A DNA stretch of 64,000 nucleotides, from IMG/VR virus record IMGVR_UViG_3300031953_000003, positions 24,790 through 88,789 of that record; one strand, 5' to 3'. A program made the translations under genes and the position numbers. This stretch comes from a virus (lineage: Duplodnaviria > Caudoviricetes). Below are positions 50,601 through 58,600 of this stretch, one piece after another. How positions within the stretch are numbered: position 1 is the first letter of the stretch; each line of letters starts with the position of its first letter. Below the pieces are notes generated by a model. That model did not search any database. It saw only the letters and a program-made list of their open reading frames with translations, and was not told where the DNA came from.

Positions 50601-51086
50601 CCTGTATATAGGCAGAGTATCATTAACTTGTTGCTTCTTTTCTTGTGCCCAAGTATTAAGCCAGTTACCAACTTCATCATCTGAATTAGCGTAATCTTCT
50701 AAATCTAAAACATTACCTACCATACCAGTAAATTCTAGTATAGCATTAGGTATAACTTTAGCAGCTACATGACCAGCTTGTTCCCAATTAGATTGATTTA
50801 ACGCTCTTGATAAATCATAGTTAGAAGAAAAAGCAAAAGGTGAAACTCCTTTATCTTCCTTTTGAGTATATTCAGTATATTCATCTGTATTGATAAATTT
50901 AGTTTCTCCTGTATCTTTTACTCCACCTGCTTTAGAATTATCAATCATATCTAAGATAGGATCAGTAGGTGTATCTTTTATCTTATAGTCATCTAAAATT
51001 GAAGAGCCTGTAGATTTAGGCTCTTCATTATTAGTTGTATTAATTTTTTGATCTTGTACTAATTTATTTATATTAGGTCTTGACAT
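35661..51086 (-). CDS. Giant virion RNA polymerase/ejection polyprotein (crAss gp66-like core plus zincin-like and NADAR-like domains)
   Basis: 5141 aa; FRIPTQ and GSDFDVDK (DxDxD at 42795-42809); EELIH zincin-like motif; YGSVEHAYQ NADAR-like motif; Gly/Ala-rich hydrophobic N-terminal segments. Confidence 0.9.
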   Translation of the reverse strand: MSRPNINKLVQDQKINTTNNEEPKSTGSSILDDYKIKDTPTDPILDMIDNSKAGGVKDTGETKFINTDEYTEYTQKEDKGVSPFAFSSNYDLSRALNQSNWEQAGHVAAKVIPNAILEFTGMVGNVLDLEDYANSDDEVGNWLNTWAQEKKQQVNDTLPIYRENEGKAFDTGDFAWWMENGSALVESAAAFVGLGYLTGGAALRTLSGGAKGLEFLGFLAEGGANADKVKRIVQGGAGLLNNYMLNHGEGVGIAVSVYDTSYQEEIAKLQEAGETEGIEDKARLIASKKATKALNFNKANMLLNATSSFAFLRTPSLARTIYNNPTLKNSLKHTLGESFQEFGEEIVNLGAENAALQDDSDFGTLLDESIASLGTAEGWEAGVLGFAGGGLQTGLTNAGREIKSSKRPDGSRYSTNDLARERALSQEEAKQRWDNLSQEQKMDSTSDLFMSAKQLTEMHNQLGKIDTQIQEADKNKDVETANKLRLQAQEIAKNTFNSKAYHAFSTGTTEQLEGFYKSIATMTAEEAKQKNLPDTYKETSQAAIVKLKSLEAEYNKAENYVNSSDIYSNRARNISAREEEKELTSYKSKVQSELDQDLSDIGIKDLANYTNEEGNFDINKLSNENKAIVKDLDSYNKLQSLDLSLKRNSRERTYFAKEYSNLISNDYQKAFKEDLKSKKQKDKASNSIKKAKTAKKEATTTAKNKTEDFKKEAEPTVTQEPKATTNTTEAPVENKPEEVDQSEQYEPATDTIFSTKLAAMVNNEAAPLEWKVNKLNEQIAATNPKNTSTIQEMKEALAFLGAPVKDAKQNTVDAQLDDFASFVENNAPSVLPDDIDLAPSEDKTLEKITKLINLMGSLKERGVNTSNFNEVAKYMQNSLGKERFLPLYKDIQAIYNLTKQNPVWNEQSYEDIFYTAKEKADVVKDNKINYDAALPEGYYNYDNESINELNRQVNVRFLEGQGYKVFKGDNLSSAGIKTIEGYNKLAHLDKQYSNEVTVGKTGTFNVLNFINTKQDLSNYVDGSTDQKLLDYNVINIGSELTFRVLDEVVYDDGTIAYADGRLEKNGDFINEGEDLANQYAPIGVFHDGVQLENTYLHTVEWINENNIVEADDVRNQKNKLYEIRRKVLAAGEKGLTTVVDSRNDGILLRNKDGIKESLTTRIPNATIAIGKDNVVYSSDTKAEAVINRELYDGVVYAVLPVNKGRNLAVALNRPTIASKPEYVNSMVEAMRLYLGNDVNETRTAKLYDDTSIDITTEQGLYEYLSKFIFLPSKLPKSSSDFADYLSNQNEGVSLVRIQGETIDFGRGAGIAGGAKFINRKVLANIKDDKKRNRTIDAQLSNFKKTLESGMHLQIDKKSLGKDFQLPIISKDTVTTNTQNYNDYLKDNLTTDLYSHTLDNGREIYTIQSNVEFNSDFSENNISEATQEAALGVQEDTDVQEKNLTDTELANPDLFGDLNLAPSVMTEEQVENFVNTTPNSLLIPGVSIKVQTALIEYLSARVIEEQDTTPFKELKDQLKVAREAYDTVSKTTTDLDKKAKLENLIDAIDSVNKQYSKLEDLVYTSLLQYNGLKLDGKKLVQAKEIINQDDNIDESENVDTDESESNRWNRESVFTEDGKVKASIEVKNAISHVKDVKGFNIVNGVRVPIINKTVFGLDNYILFDEIFNEVSGILAFNNFDTDKVITKPSIDSMVEELGKWVDTKPYLFNVIEKIKAMDEKTQNSFVGVMNKHFTNHKLVYKRGKFNTKTEKYETNYFINDSDTNSVSKVVQNAWLQNLINGELIKVSDFNYVIDKDAFDSVKAKSIQGIELIKSPDTTKEGTAILSDVLTFIGIDLDQDIINSIQRSPIDYGKGSQSLLHLFTNSDGAIKIYMDTLESLVNKDIQETNPFSNNSSLNGFAREIAKRSPKYFSNSFKDVRGRTYYSYSLNKFMIDRIKELKSNPILRENLAKQPFSSNSYWMSIDQDKFNKYFGYGTFDGTKEAGKTGKKLSQMSPAEHEEAKVALFFNRNKRNKTTKEDYLIEMFYPTTSDKGVQMTVNTLGINFASSVSPRTGKLSPKGVDWLYRQLIEPEINRIIAFEENTENSTTKGFVDGANTINLFPEVNTIEGVFIVEDGVRKINPVVKTDEKIKNRIKEYLAKYVDDEVQDKIKTWTDYGFVNTNSYPEWDMNGQEFTIVENDLSILGNVNKSISNVNNAAHNYVANYLLGNMNIMQTMITDPANYFKSSQFKNVAKRLVDQGVLETTKNVTRNDVLGYYETSDFIVEHEALFNNMGKRLAADIAPGTDLPIEDNEVFNVAHILDSERMSSNYEYYKSLLGEKAAKGYTEVNTTDAQEFTTLEEDLLIKFKEGKIDYDTMQDLLDREDSQSLTNKDYDLILQPTKPVYVNNVFRGNTEHRVYIKSSSFPLIKQLTKGLEIDKLRKAMIRDGVDRVAFDSAIKTGGTTAAPSIYNGEGNLNDDIDLTDSTLTLKRQGFKIQQQVPYKETDYINDGSQQRKLLTAAVRNVTGFKLRGSNKPYTGAQVQEAVDNTYNKIFEIKHDSLMKELGFNAANETIDLEKVQKVLQTEGLSRNYPLYDLEGFNLNKEGTDFIVPLWLNASSEKIEAMLNSIVDNRVRKFKPKGRSYVLGTSEGMKPVIVEGTDATEEIKNTSNIGFNKEWRDRNDGVLRNARVENGVFMPAEIMIPFRFKDDKGNKLSMDKFVTDGFMDLSKIDEELLSSFGFRIPTQGLNSMSYVKVVGWLPESSGDLFLAPADWTIQMGSDFDVDKIFTNSFNTSFNEGKLTRYKGDDELTGLENDLLDLHLSILSNPAEEVQNKIIKPLDFGMLGELANEIYPLVREGLEGRGLTESYQKFKYINARAGAIGIGVFSNDSTFNALAQGKNLKVQNYNEKMKGFEDFFFTLMGKSSNQISDTNTVTNKNRSKSEVIAAYQSMAVDNEKEQGMHKLNVNSYTFDAIRTLAMMGFEEDSISYFLNQPIIRDYVKFKTLADDNATDYNTTDLAEYIAKTYPVTDPDYIIEKYIPSDKDYYLSNIKGKIDTNFQKAILDFFDIITEKGKDIQSIQSAINTDSAGLGKNLFYSFEKMSQVLKLGSKNSIINADKLIGNYTSLPEVDADNNLITPLNRDSIKVLEEEGYIAVTAKFKGNKLASNIQFIKPTTINGFTSVRALSTNNKLWEEFFPYKALSVQIALSDIKGITNQTNNRIAQNAQLNSDLFKVVKSYMIASKASTYTNESLDTAKARLLMHTKNNTSLGNVLKTIINKGYNSNPFLNRLEIDGNKEVLPNLITYQASAAENINERGIYAGFSSMFTDNVTDLGTFNGIQYTPQKLAQDLVTYSLITGGVQQATQFVKFIPINYLQSIGFYDEIKSINLDNQEEVDYNDLTRQYVQHNYKDVAIRNLPKFIEDGLVLSPDKESFTFASKSKKLKLAKFIAIKSNETVAGFKLYERGDSNKWNRISTLGYNNMLEYGSNNSVVSSNNAKEVPVDILPTEPTKFNTEVEQEVDTELIRNKIPQSVTDTYKLNSKEAFVPKMQTVLNTIIDNNSNAYNTLMAKEVLANLDKISDFKFLLSTNLKADGGYSMKSKMILINPDRVTNNKLFEKTILEELIHAMTKPALLANSTGEVNRLVGFKNKAIQLVKKQLGDTADTQFEAVRTKLANGESLTSKEANLIYPLLNEVEFVGRLFKSKELQELLNNKVSDKGTNILQDFFNFIRELLNKAGLNIKKDSALEYAMVDIISLINQPDPSAAVQKDMKDLNPTNRTIEFINNQYDLILPTGMRKVKQNPQLIADSINNTITNIKATAINNSVKLEYINKVFKDGLSKEDYNEGKQLGLFEESVNNRKYYTSNIKPESNTNVTSERTINVYWGQAESNTSTRILSNLAPRTFIYESTDGVEREYGSVEHAYQTNKNGVFNESVYNRGKNDYVGNKKGFVKLTEKGKRGNLQLMKDLVVESFIQNPNSEASKKLMQYKNFTHNTNTLIDRVFLEGLKLAQQELSNSNDFDLAPTTSNSKNEILLKSFRDRLSTIKSNISKAKSKQDIDKVVELTTVLDNLTERYHDAVKIGAKVRLVKIAEKGKQDMEELQEFFENDRISIEDTHYMRNIIHFWETATDTLFDEDERESEQLVELYSTIEGKARYYSDKLAQIEKEYMEDFIAKYGKATTLENIFNHFKDINYAQQIAMDISRVDNELLNSVFMAVQKANVKSIDDTKTLLENLDEKEEKIVAILKSKGYSKDDLYELFKQKTKSGNLTGKMVHRYSDSFNKSLNNLIYNLEEDRDFDSYSELMQWTRNNTKNIKLGYLFSTGKFTKEEQVKVNEYKKQLKEELGETFYNEFIEDQQAKIDNYNKQKEQFVTNLMASYNMTSTSEFLSNEKTSKALTFWEKANSPYNFYKQHGSSTDQSLTKHKGFGSSDHITFIANDNHLDNSFKEIAADKDLYDFYKYYNDIDKMLKSFMSAEDRKKLIYEGVPFIEKNLLSVYSDKGMKAGFAPLYDELKKAVRTNAESNIFNKTVDPVTGKEKNSLSVNLSANTGTEYIDRLNLMSIEYLNENGISPTPEQTKIWGEQIKNDIASRKSFDLPKILKVYALSVLAYKHKVKIEDHVKLAQTTLDNAREYRRNKQGELFKQENGKLADPLPLSESFVKTKKQFNYFVESFYGKGNKEEGVTKKKVLTSKEKETKANIENELLKLETTFASKIITADTYNNLKKKLNTQLDSLGGYAVWSKRGDQLLKYIQLKGMGWNVMSSIANVGFGTIANMIEGAGNQLYSTAELRQGYKKTMGSIGKNFAFDRVAPGESLKIRNLMERWDILKDASHELYESAFTVELSKRHKWLSPYNLTQRTEYVNQAPLMIALMLHTPVRIGGKDSNLWEAMDEQGNVKADADITQEQIAELRIKINQLNKRNHGNYDPNSPLELKKNWIGRALGQFRTWMFEGYAARFESEKYDSALGVNVKGRYISIPAFFGDVGIPTAALEIMKGIAKFQTFGALFKDTNFDQVGDTTVDNTDAANMRRVVAEAVIYIDIYLAYAILSMFAGELDDDDKFLINHVINQGLRLRTDLTFYVSPAQFKTMLKDPLPSASLIKDVGEWGDSLYDLLLGKDKIKTGVNADSSKALRETSQMFPILTQGYRIINYGNQVFDKN

Positions 51087-51106
51087 TATAAATATTTTTT
51101 TATTTA

Positions 51107-53974
51107 TTATAAAAATTCTAAGTGTACATGATCTCCATTATGTACTGCTGCACTTTTTATTCCCATTAATCTTTTCTCTCTATCTGAAAGATTAGTTAAA
51201 GCCATAGCATCATCATTTAATCTAAAATCTAAAGCTTTACCCTTTTTATGTTTGCTATCTTTAGCACCATACCCTGCATTTTCTTCTCTATAAGCATCAG
51301 TTACAAATAAAGAAGGAAATTCTGTTTTTATATTTTGAGCGAAAGATAACACTTCTTTATTTAATTCTGGGTCAACTCCGTCTTTTATATCAGAATTAAA
51401 TACAGAAGTTATGTTAACAGTATCTTGTCTCTTAGTACTATCATTGCTATATAAAAGATTACCCATTTTAACTTTAAGGTCATAAGGTGTTTCTGCACCT
51501 ACAGGTGTATATTCATAATGACCGTCAGCATCAGGGCCTAACTGTTCTTTAGTTACTGTAACAGATTTACCATTAGAATCAGTAGCATAATACATTCCTT
51601 TTGGGTCTTTTAAATAATAACTCATTCCATTAGAATTACTATTAACTTCTCCTTTAGTAGATACTTCTACTGTCATAGGTAAAGAACCGTCTTGAAAAGG
51701 TACTTTTACTTCTGCACCACTTTCTGCATTGTATAATTGACTAGTAGGAAATGTTTTACCGTATTTAGTACCGTCAAACATATTAGTAGTTAATCTATCA
51801 AGTAATATATTTTCACTATTACTTATAGAACCTAAATTACGTTTTTTAACTAAATCATTTTTATATTTTTCTGTAGTTTCTTTCGATTTTTCATTATAAG
51901 AAGGTTCATCTATAAAAGATATTATTTTAGCATTTATTTTAGTACCGTCATTATCAATATCTACATCAATAGAAATAGCAGGTTTATAGTTACCTTCACT
52001 ATCTTGAACTAAATCAATTATTGAATCAGTTGTAGAATTTGCCCAGTCTATTACAACATCACCATCTGCAATATCGTCTTGGTCAAAATCATATTGTTGA
52101 CCTAAATAAGTTTCAACATCTAAACCAGTACCACTTTCAGTAGCTTGTCTATAATATTGTTTATTATTTTTTACTATATTAGAAGCAGCATCTTCTATAA
52201 TAGAAGCAGGATTATTTCTTCTATCTTCTGCACTCATTTCTGGTAATGCATAAGAACCATAAGATTGAGTATGACTTAAAGGATCTTTTTTTAATGTATC
52301 ACTAGCTTTTTTAGCTATAGTATCTATTTTATCTTTTAATCCTATAGCTTCATTTTTTAATTTACCTGCAAAACCTTCCCTTTTATTTTTAACATATAAA
52401 TCTTCTGTAATTTTTCTATTATTATATTTATTATTTTCTGCATAAGATTTATAATCTTCTCTAGCTTGATCTTCATCAAAAGTTCCTTCTATATATTGAG
52501 AAACATCTTCTGTAATATCTTCTCCTGATAAAGATTTAAATATAAGTTTTTGTAAAGGTGCGTAAGTTATTTTTGTATGTTCTAAAGGATTATTACTTAC
52601 ACCATTTACAGAAGTAGTTGGAAAATCTTTATTTATAATTTTAGCAATTTCCTCTTTTATACCTGGTATTACATTTAAATTTTTACTTTGTTTATTAATA
52701 GTAGCATCTATTATTCTAGTTTGCTCTTTAATATCATTTTCTATTTTTCTAATATCATAAGGATTAGATTTTTTAGCTTTGGCATTATTTAAATCCTTAT
52801 TAAGTTGTTTTAATTGAGTATTAGCGTTAGAATATAGTTTAGAAGTAACAGCAAGATCATCTGCTGTAGTAGTAGATTTAACAGATATAGTACTTATAGT
52901 ACCAAATTCTGCTCTAATGTTAGCTTCTTTTTGTTTAGCTTTAGAAGCTTTAATGCTATCTGCAAGTAACCAATCTTTATTAAATGTATCAGTATATTCA
53001 GTATAAGCTTCTTTACTTATAGTAGGTGCAATAGCTTCTTGAAGCTTTTGTTCTCCTTTAATAGCACGATATATTTGTTCAGGTGCAATACCTTTAGCTT
53101 CTAAAGTTGCTTCAATATCAGCACCTTCTGGAATACCCAGCATTTCTGCACCTTTCTCTATAAATGTATCGGGTAAATAAGACTTTAAATCAGAATAATT
53201 CATTTGGTCGTATTCCCCTGTACTTTGATTGTATGTCTTGTCTCTAATATCAAAGTAAAGATCATCTTCTAATTCAGCTTTAAATTGAGTATCGGCTCTA
53301 AGATACTGTTCTGCTGCTCTAGCTACTTTAGCTTGACTTACACCTTTACCAGTTTTAGTATTAATATAACCATCACCTGTTTTACTTCTTTGATAAGTTT
53401 GTCCATCTTCTCCTGTTATAGTATCAGCATGAATACCACTCATGAATTTAGAAACTTTATCAGTTTGACTTTCTTGATCTACAATTTGTCTAACTCCAAA
53501 ATTACCACTCCATCTATCAAGTATAGGATCATATTTTTGACCTTTGTAATTTCTATTACCATCAATCATTAAATCTTGTGCTCTTTTAGTAGAAATTTTA
53601 CCATCAGATACTCTAGTATTAGTAGCTTCATTAATAGCCGTTTTTTCAGCAGCAGCACCCTGAATACCTTTAAGTCTAGCCGCTACTTTAGAAGCAAGAC
53701 CTTTACTATCTCCTACTTTATTTTCAAAGTCTCCATCTTCTGACATACTATCTAATCCTGTCTCTAGGAAAGTTTGAGTTTCAAATAAACCATCTCTATC
53801 TTGTTCTAAGAAAGGTGTATTAGTAACTAAATCTTTACTTTTTTGATTGTTATCTACAACCCAATCATAAGCTTTTTGTTTAGCTGCATAATTAGTAGCC
53901 ATAGCTTCGACTGGATTAATCTTAGCTAATGGCTGAACAGTTCCGTATGATAAATTTCCAAATATACCTGACAT
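51107..53974 (-). CDS. Virion cargo/ejection protein with C-terminal M15-type peptidase
   Basis: 955 aa; DAYR..SKHKKGKALD (H-x6-D)..DHVHLE; position next to RNAP. Confidence 0.75.
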   Translation of the reverse strand: MSGIFGNLSYGTVQPLAKINPVEAMATNYAAKQKAYDWVVDNNQKSKDLVTNTPFLEQDRDGLFETQTFLETGLDSMSEDGDFENKVGDSKGLASKVAARLKGIQGAAAEKTAINEATNTRVSDGKISTKRAQDLMIDGNRNYKGQKYDPILDRWSGNFGVRQIVDQESQTDKVSKFMSGIHADTITGEDGQTYQRSKTGDGYINTKTGKGVSQAKVARAAEQYLRADTQFKAELEDDLYFDIRDKTYNQSTGEYDQMNYSDLKSYLPDTFIEKGAEMLGIPEGADIEATLEAKGIAPEQIYRAIKGEQKLQEAIAPTISKEAYTEYTDTFNKDWLLADSIKASKAKQKEANIRAEFGTISTISVKSTTTADDLAVTSKLYSNANTQLKQLNKDLNNAKAKKSNPYDIRKIENDIKEQTRIIDATINKQSKNLNVIPGIKEEIAKIINKDFPTTSVNGVSNNPLEHTKITYAPLQKLIFKSLSGEDITEDVSQYIEGTFDEDQAREDYKSYAENNKYNNRKITEDLYVKNKREGFAGKLKNEAIGLKDKIDTIAKKASDTLKKDPLSHTQSYGSYALPEMSAEDRRNNPASIIEDAASNIVKNNKQYYRQATESGTGLDVETYLGQQYDFDQDDIADGDVVIDWANSTTDSIIDLVQDSEGNYKPAISIDVDIDNDGTKINAKIISFIDEPSYNEKSKETTEKYKNDLVKKRNLGSISNSENILLDRLTTNMFDGTKYGKTFPTSQLYNAESGAEVKVPFQDGSLPMTVEVSTKGEVNSNSNGMSYYLKDPKGMYYATDSNGKSVTVTKEQLGPDADGHYEYTPVGAETPYDLKVKMGNLLYSNDSTKRQDTVNITSVFNSDIKDGVDPELNKEVLSFAQNIKTEFPSLFVTDAYREENAGYGAKDSKHKKGKALDFRLNDDAMALTNLSDREKRLMGIKSAAVHNGDHVHLEFL

Positions 53975-55605
53975 TATTCTCCTCGTTTTTGTTGAAGTAA
54001 TTTCAATAATTCTAATGCACTTGCATCAGAACGATTCCCCACTCCACTTGTTTTATATATATCTTGTACATAACTTAAAGCTTTATCGTTATACTCTTCT
54101 TCTGCTTTATTGTTTTGACCTGTGATAATATTATTTTGAACATCTGCAATATTAGCAGAAGCTTCTTCTCTCATACTACCTGCTCTGGCTATTGTATCAT
54201 TATTATACTGATCTCTTATTCTATTGTTAACACCTTCCGTTTGCATTTGGAATTGTGTATTTTGATTTTTAAGATCGTTTTCTACATTTTCTTTATTAGC
54301 TAAAATTTTAGCTTTTTCTCCTGCACCTTTTAATCTAGTTGAAGTAATATTGTTTCTAGCTGTATTACTATTAGAAGTATTATTTTCAATATTATTTACA
54401 GAACTATCTACAGCATTATTTACTTCTGTCAGTTGTGGGTTAACATTATAATCTGTATTAAGTTTTCTAGGTTTAAGAAAATTAGGTTTAGCTACCTTCG
54501 GGGTGAAAGCCGTTAGAATACCATTAGCAACATTATCTATATAAGGGGAAGCAGCTTCTAATCCTGCCATAAAACCACCTCCTGCAAGTTTATTTGTGCT
54601 ACTTTTCATTTTGCTTGTTTCTTGCTCCAAAAATAAGGTATTTTCTTTATTATCTAAGTTGTTTATACTTCTTTCTGCTGTATTTTTTACAATAGAATCT
54701 CCTGTTTTTAAACGATTTTCTGCTTTACCTTTTTGTTTGGCTAAAATAGCAGCTTCTTTAGCAAAAGTTTTACCACTTTCACTTTTAAGACGATCACTAT
54801 AAACCATAGTACCATCTTTAACAGTTTCATCATCTTCTATTTCAGCAAAAGCTTTATTATCTTTAATAAGTTTAATACCACTAGTATTATCTATTTTGGA
54901 GCTATCATGAGTATTACCATCAGCTTCTTCCATATCAGAAGAAAGCCTATCTAATTTACCTCCCATAGTATCATAACTAGGTGATTTTAATTTACCACCT
55001 GCTGCCATTCTATTACCTGTATCTCCATTAAAAGCTATAGATACTTTTCTTTTTGGATTTAGCTTATTAAGTTCAGGTAACAGTTGTTGCACACTTTCAT
55101 AACTATGAGGATTTTTACCTGTAGATTTAAGTTCAATACCATCTTCATTATTTTGATTAATATCAAAATAACCTACATCTTTATATTTACCTAAATTAAC
55201 AGGATATTCCTGCATTGTATCAGTCTCGGCTCTTCTAAATAATCGATTAGCACCTTCTGCGGTAAAAGCTATACCAGAAGAATCTCCTATTTCTTTAACT
55301 TCTTCATCAGTTAAAGGTTTCTCGTCTCCTTCTGTTTTCTTTTTCTTTTTATCTGTATTTAAAGTACCACCTTTAGCTTGATAATAGTTTACATTATCTA
55401 CACCATCTTCTTGAAATTCATCAAGTTCAAATTGATCCTGTGTAAGTTGTTGACTTAATGAAGAGTTTTCAGCTTGCATTGCAGCTTTCTTTTTATCTTT
55501 ATTAGCTTTTATAGTATTAGCTACACTCATAACTGTACTACCTATAGCCATTGCTGCTCCAATAAAATGTTTAGGTGGATTACCTATTATTACTTTCTTT
55601 TTCAT
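53974..55605 (-). CDS. Virion cargo protein (crAss C1-like)
   Basis: Hydrophobic N-terminus FIGAAMAIG, repeated AxGG motifs, GNTH..EIEDDET..YSDRL module, QN-rich helical C-terminus. Confidence 0.7.
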   Translation of the reverse strand: MKKKVIIGNPPKHFIGAAMAIGSTVMSVANTIKANKDKKKAAMQAENSSLSQQLTQDQFELDEFQEDGVDNVNYYQAKGGTLNTDKKKKKTEGDEKPLTDEEVKEIGDSSGIAFTAEGANRLFRRAETDTMQEYPVNLGKYKDVGYFDINQNNEDGIELKSTGKNPHSYESVQQLLPELNKLNPKRKVSIAFNGDTGNRMAAGGKLKSPSYDTMGGKLDRLSSDMEEADGNTHDSSKIDNTSGIKLIKDNKAFAEIEDDETVKDGTMVYSDRLKSESGKTFAKEAAILAKQKGKAENRLKTGDSIVKNTAERSINNLDNKENTLFLEQETSKMKSSTNKLAGGGFMAGLEAASPYIDNVANGILTAFTPKVAKPNFLKPRKLNTDYNVNPQLTEVNNAVDSSVNNIENNTSNSNTARNNITSTRLKGAGEKAKILANKENVENDLKNQNTQFQMQTEGVNNRIRDQYNNDTIARAGSMREEASANIADVQNNIITGQNNKAEEEYNDKALSYVQDIYKTSGVGNRSDASALELLKLLQQKRGE

Positions 55606-55607
55606 AG

Positions 55608-58600
55608 TTATCTATTATTAATTACACTATTGGTAGTTACATCATGTATATAAACTTCGTTATTATCTATATTATCTACAATTAAACGAACTACTATAAA
55701 TTTACTTATAAAATCTGATCTTTCAAACCATAATTTCAATTCATTTAAATTATTTTGGTTTACACTTCCATCCTTATTCAATATCGGGTCAGAAGGATTA
55801 ATTACTAAGTCTTGAAAATTATTAAAATTCCATTCTCCGTGAACATTTCTAGTTAAAGTTTCATATTCATCTCTAAGATTTATTATACCACTACATTGAT
55901 TATTATTATAAACCATTATTCCAGTAATACCATTAAACTGCTCATTACCTCCTATTTTATTTATAGTATCTATAATCCATGTAACACTATGTAAAGCTTT
56001 AGTTACTTTTAGGTTTTGATTAAATATTAAATCTACATAACTAGGGAACTTTTTACCATAATATAAACCTTTAGTAGATTTATCATTATGTTTATATATC
56101 ATAGCTTCTTTCTTTTCCAAATTATTCACAAAGCTGTATAAATCACTAGGTGTATAAAATAAAGAATTAGGAAAATAATCATGAGGACATATCCATGCGT
56201 TTCTCCTATAATCGTAACTTAATGTATAAGATACATTAGTAAAATACTGTTCATTATTAAAATCTATAATCTTATTTTTATTATAATAAAACTCCCCATC
56301 AAAAGTATAAACTCCTTTTCCTACTAAATCTTTAAATTTAAAGTTATACATTTTTTTAGTAAAAATCAATCTATCATACTCTCTATCAAATCCTACTAGA
56401 TAACCTATACTACAATAAGGATTATCAATTCTTCTTCTTTCTCCATTTTCTGTTCTATAATAGTCAAGTCCTATATCCCAGTTATTGAAAAACCAATTCT
56501 TATTATCTTGCTCACTTATTTCTTTATAAGAATCCACAATAATAAATATTTGACCGGTAGGTGCATTAATACAAATATACATACCTTTTATAATAGTGCA
56601 AGAGTGCTTCGAAATACTCCCCACATGACCTTTATCGTCGTCTAAAATTTCACTCGGCTTACGATCAAATATATCTGTTTCGCCTAAATACGCGTCACTA
56701 TTAAGCGTTCTAAGTGTGTCCTTAATAGCTGCTATAAATAAAGTAAATCTACATTGAATAAATAACTTTCTTGATATACCTCTTACAGCTATAATTTCCC
56801 CCTTATCATTAGGTAACTCATAATATGAATTAGTAAGAAAGGTTCTTAATGAACCACTAGATATACTTTCATTGGGAATTTTAATACCTTTGTTTACTCT
56901 AAAAGGAAAATCATTTATATAGTTAGCATTATAATCAAATGAAAGTACAGTATTAATATCATTAATAAGATTAAGATCATTTTCATCTATAGTATTAAGA
57001 TCATAATCTCTGCTATTAAGATAATCTCCCGGTATTCTATAGGCTCTGTCATTATCTCCTATAGTATATTCTGCTTCTTGATCTGATAATCTATTAGTAA
57101 GTTTAGAACTATTTAAAGGACTGAATAAACCTTTAGCTTTTATTACAGTAGCATATTGAAATATAACATCTCTATTACTATCAAAAGTATGTTGTTTAGC
57201 TGTATGTACATTTACATCAATTACATTATTATTAAATACATCACCACCTTTAATAAGTTCTACTGGATTAGCTGTATTTATTTTACCCATTACTACTAAT
57301 GAATTACTTTTAAATCCTGAATATAAATTAGATTTAAAAGCAAAAGCAGTCATGTTCATAGCATAATATCTACCATAAGCAGCATCGGTACTACTAGAAC
57401 CAGTTAAAGTCATTTTATTAAAATCTTCTGTATCAAGTAAAAGATCAATACCATTTTCAAAGTATTGAGTATCTGCTGCTAAATTATTAGATAATACATA
57501 CTTTAAATTATTTTTAACCTTAGCAAATTTATTTAAATTAGTAGGTAGTTTTATACCTCTATTTTCATCAACTGTAAATAAGTAATTATTTTTAATATAA
57601 GTAATATCTAAATTAGGTTTAAACTTAAATAGTTCATTAGATATTACTCTCATATTATCAAAATCTATTTCATTAGGTACTACATAATTATTATTACTAC
57701 CAGGAAGTCTTTTAACAGTATAATATTCATCTGATAACTCATTAACATTAAAGTCATAAAATTTCCAAGTAATAGGTACATTAGCTTGTGTCCAATCTAA
57801 TTCTCCTAATCTAGTACCTATCCAATTACCTGCTACATAATTATTACCACCATTTCTTTTTACAAATAATATTCTATAACCTTGTAATTTATCTTTTACT
57901 TCTTTAGGTATTACACTATTTAAATTAGCAACTTGTATTCCTATTTTTGAGAATTTTTTATTTTCTAAATTATTACTATTAAGATATGTATCTTCATTAC
58001 CAAATAATACATTCTTATCTATTGCAGGAACTCTATGATACCTTACAGGTGTACCCCTTAAATCTTGTGGAGTAGTAATTATAGGTTTACCTTTATAATC
58101 TATTAATGAATTATAATCATCTGTATCTGGATATTTTTCTTCATTATACCATATACCAAATTTATTCATATAAGCATTAGGGCTTATATCACTATATATA
58201 GTTTCTCCTGTATTAAACACATGAAATCTTTTTATATCTACGTTAAGATCATCAGTCCATCTTAAATTATAGTTTTGTTTTTCCTCATTAGATAATGGTT
58301 GTAGTTCTTTTGAATCAGCTATATCTCCCGGTATATGGAAAGCTGTTTCTGTATAAGAGCCATCAAGCCATTGTGGTTGTATATAAATACTATATACTTC
58401 ATCAGGTAATAAACTAGGTGTTTGTTCATTATCATCTGTATATTGAACAGGTCTAAGTTTTAATAAGTTTGCATACTTTTGAAATTGTAATACATCCTTA
58501 GTCTTAGTTCTACCTACTATAATTTGATCATCAGCCTTAGTAATAGATTGTATTTTTTCAAATGTTTGTTTTTCTAATATAATAGCATCAGGAGCAGTAA

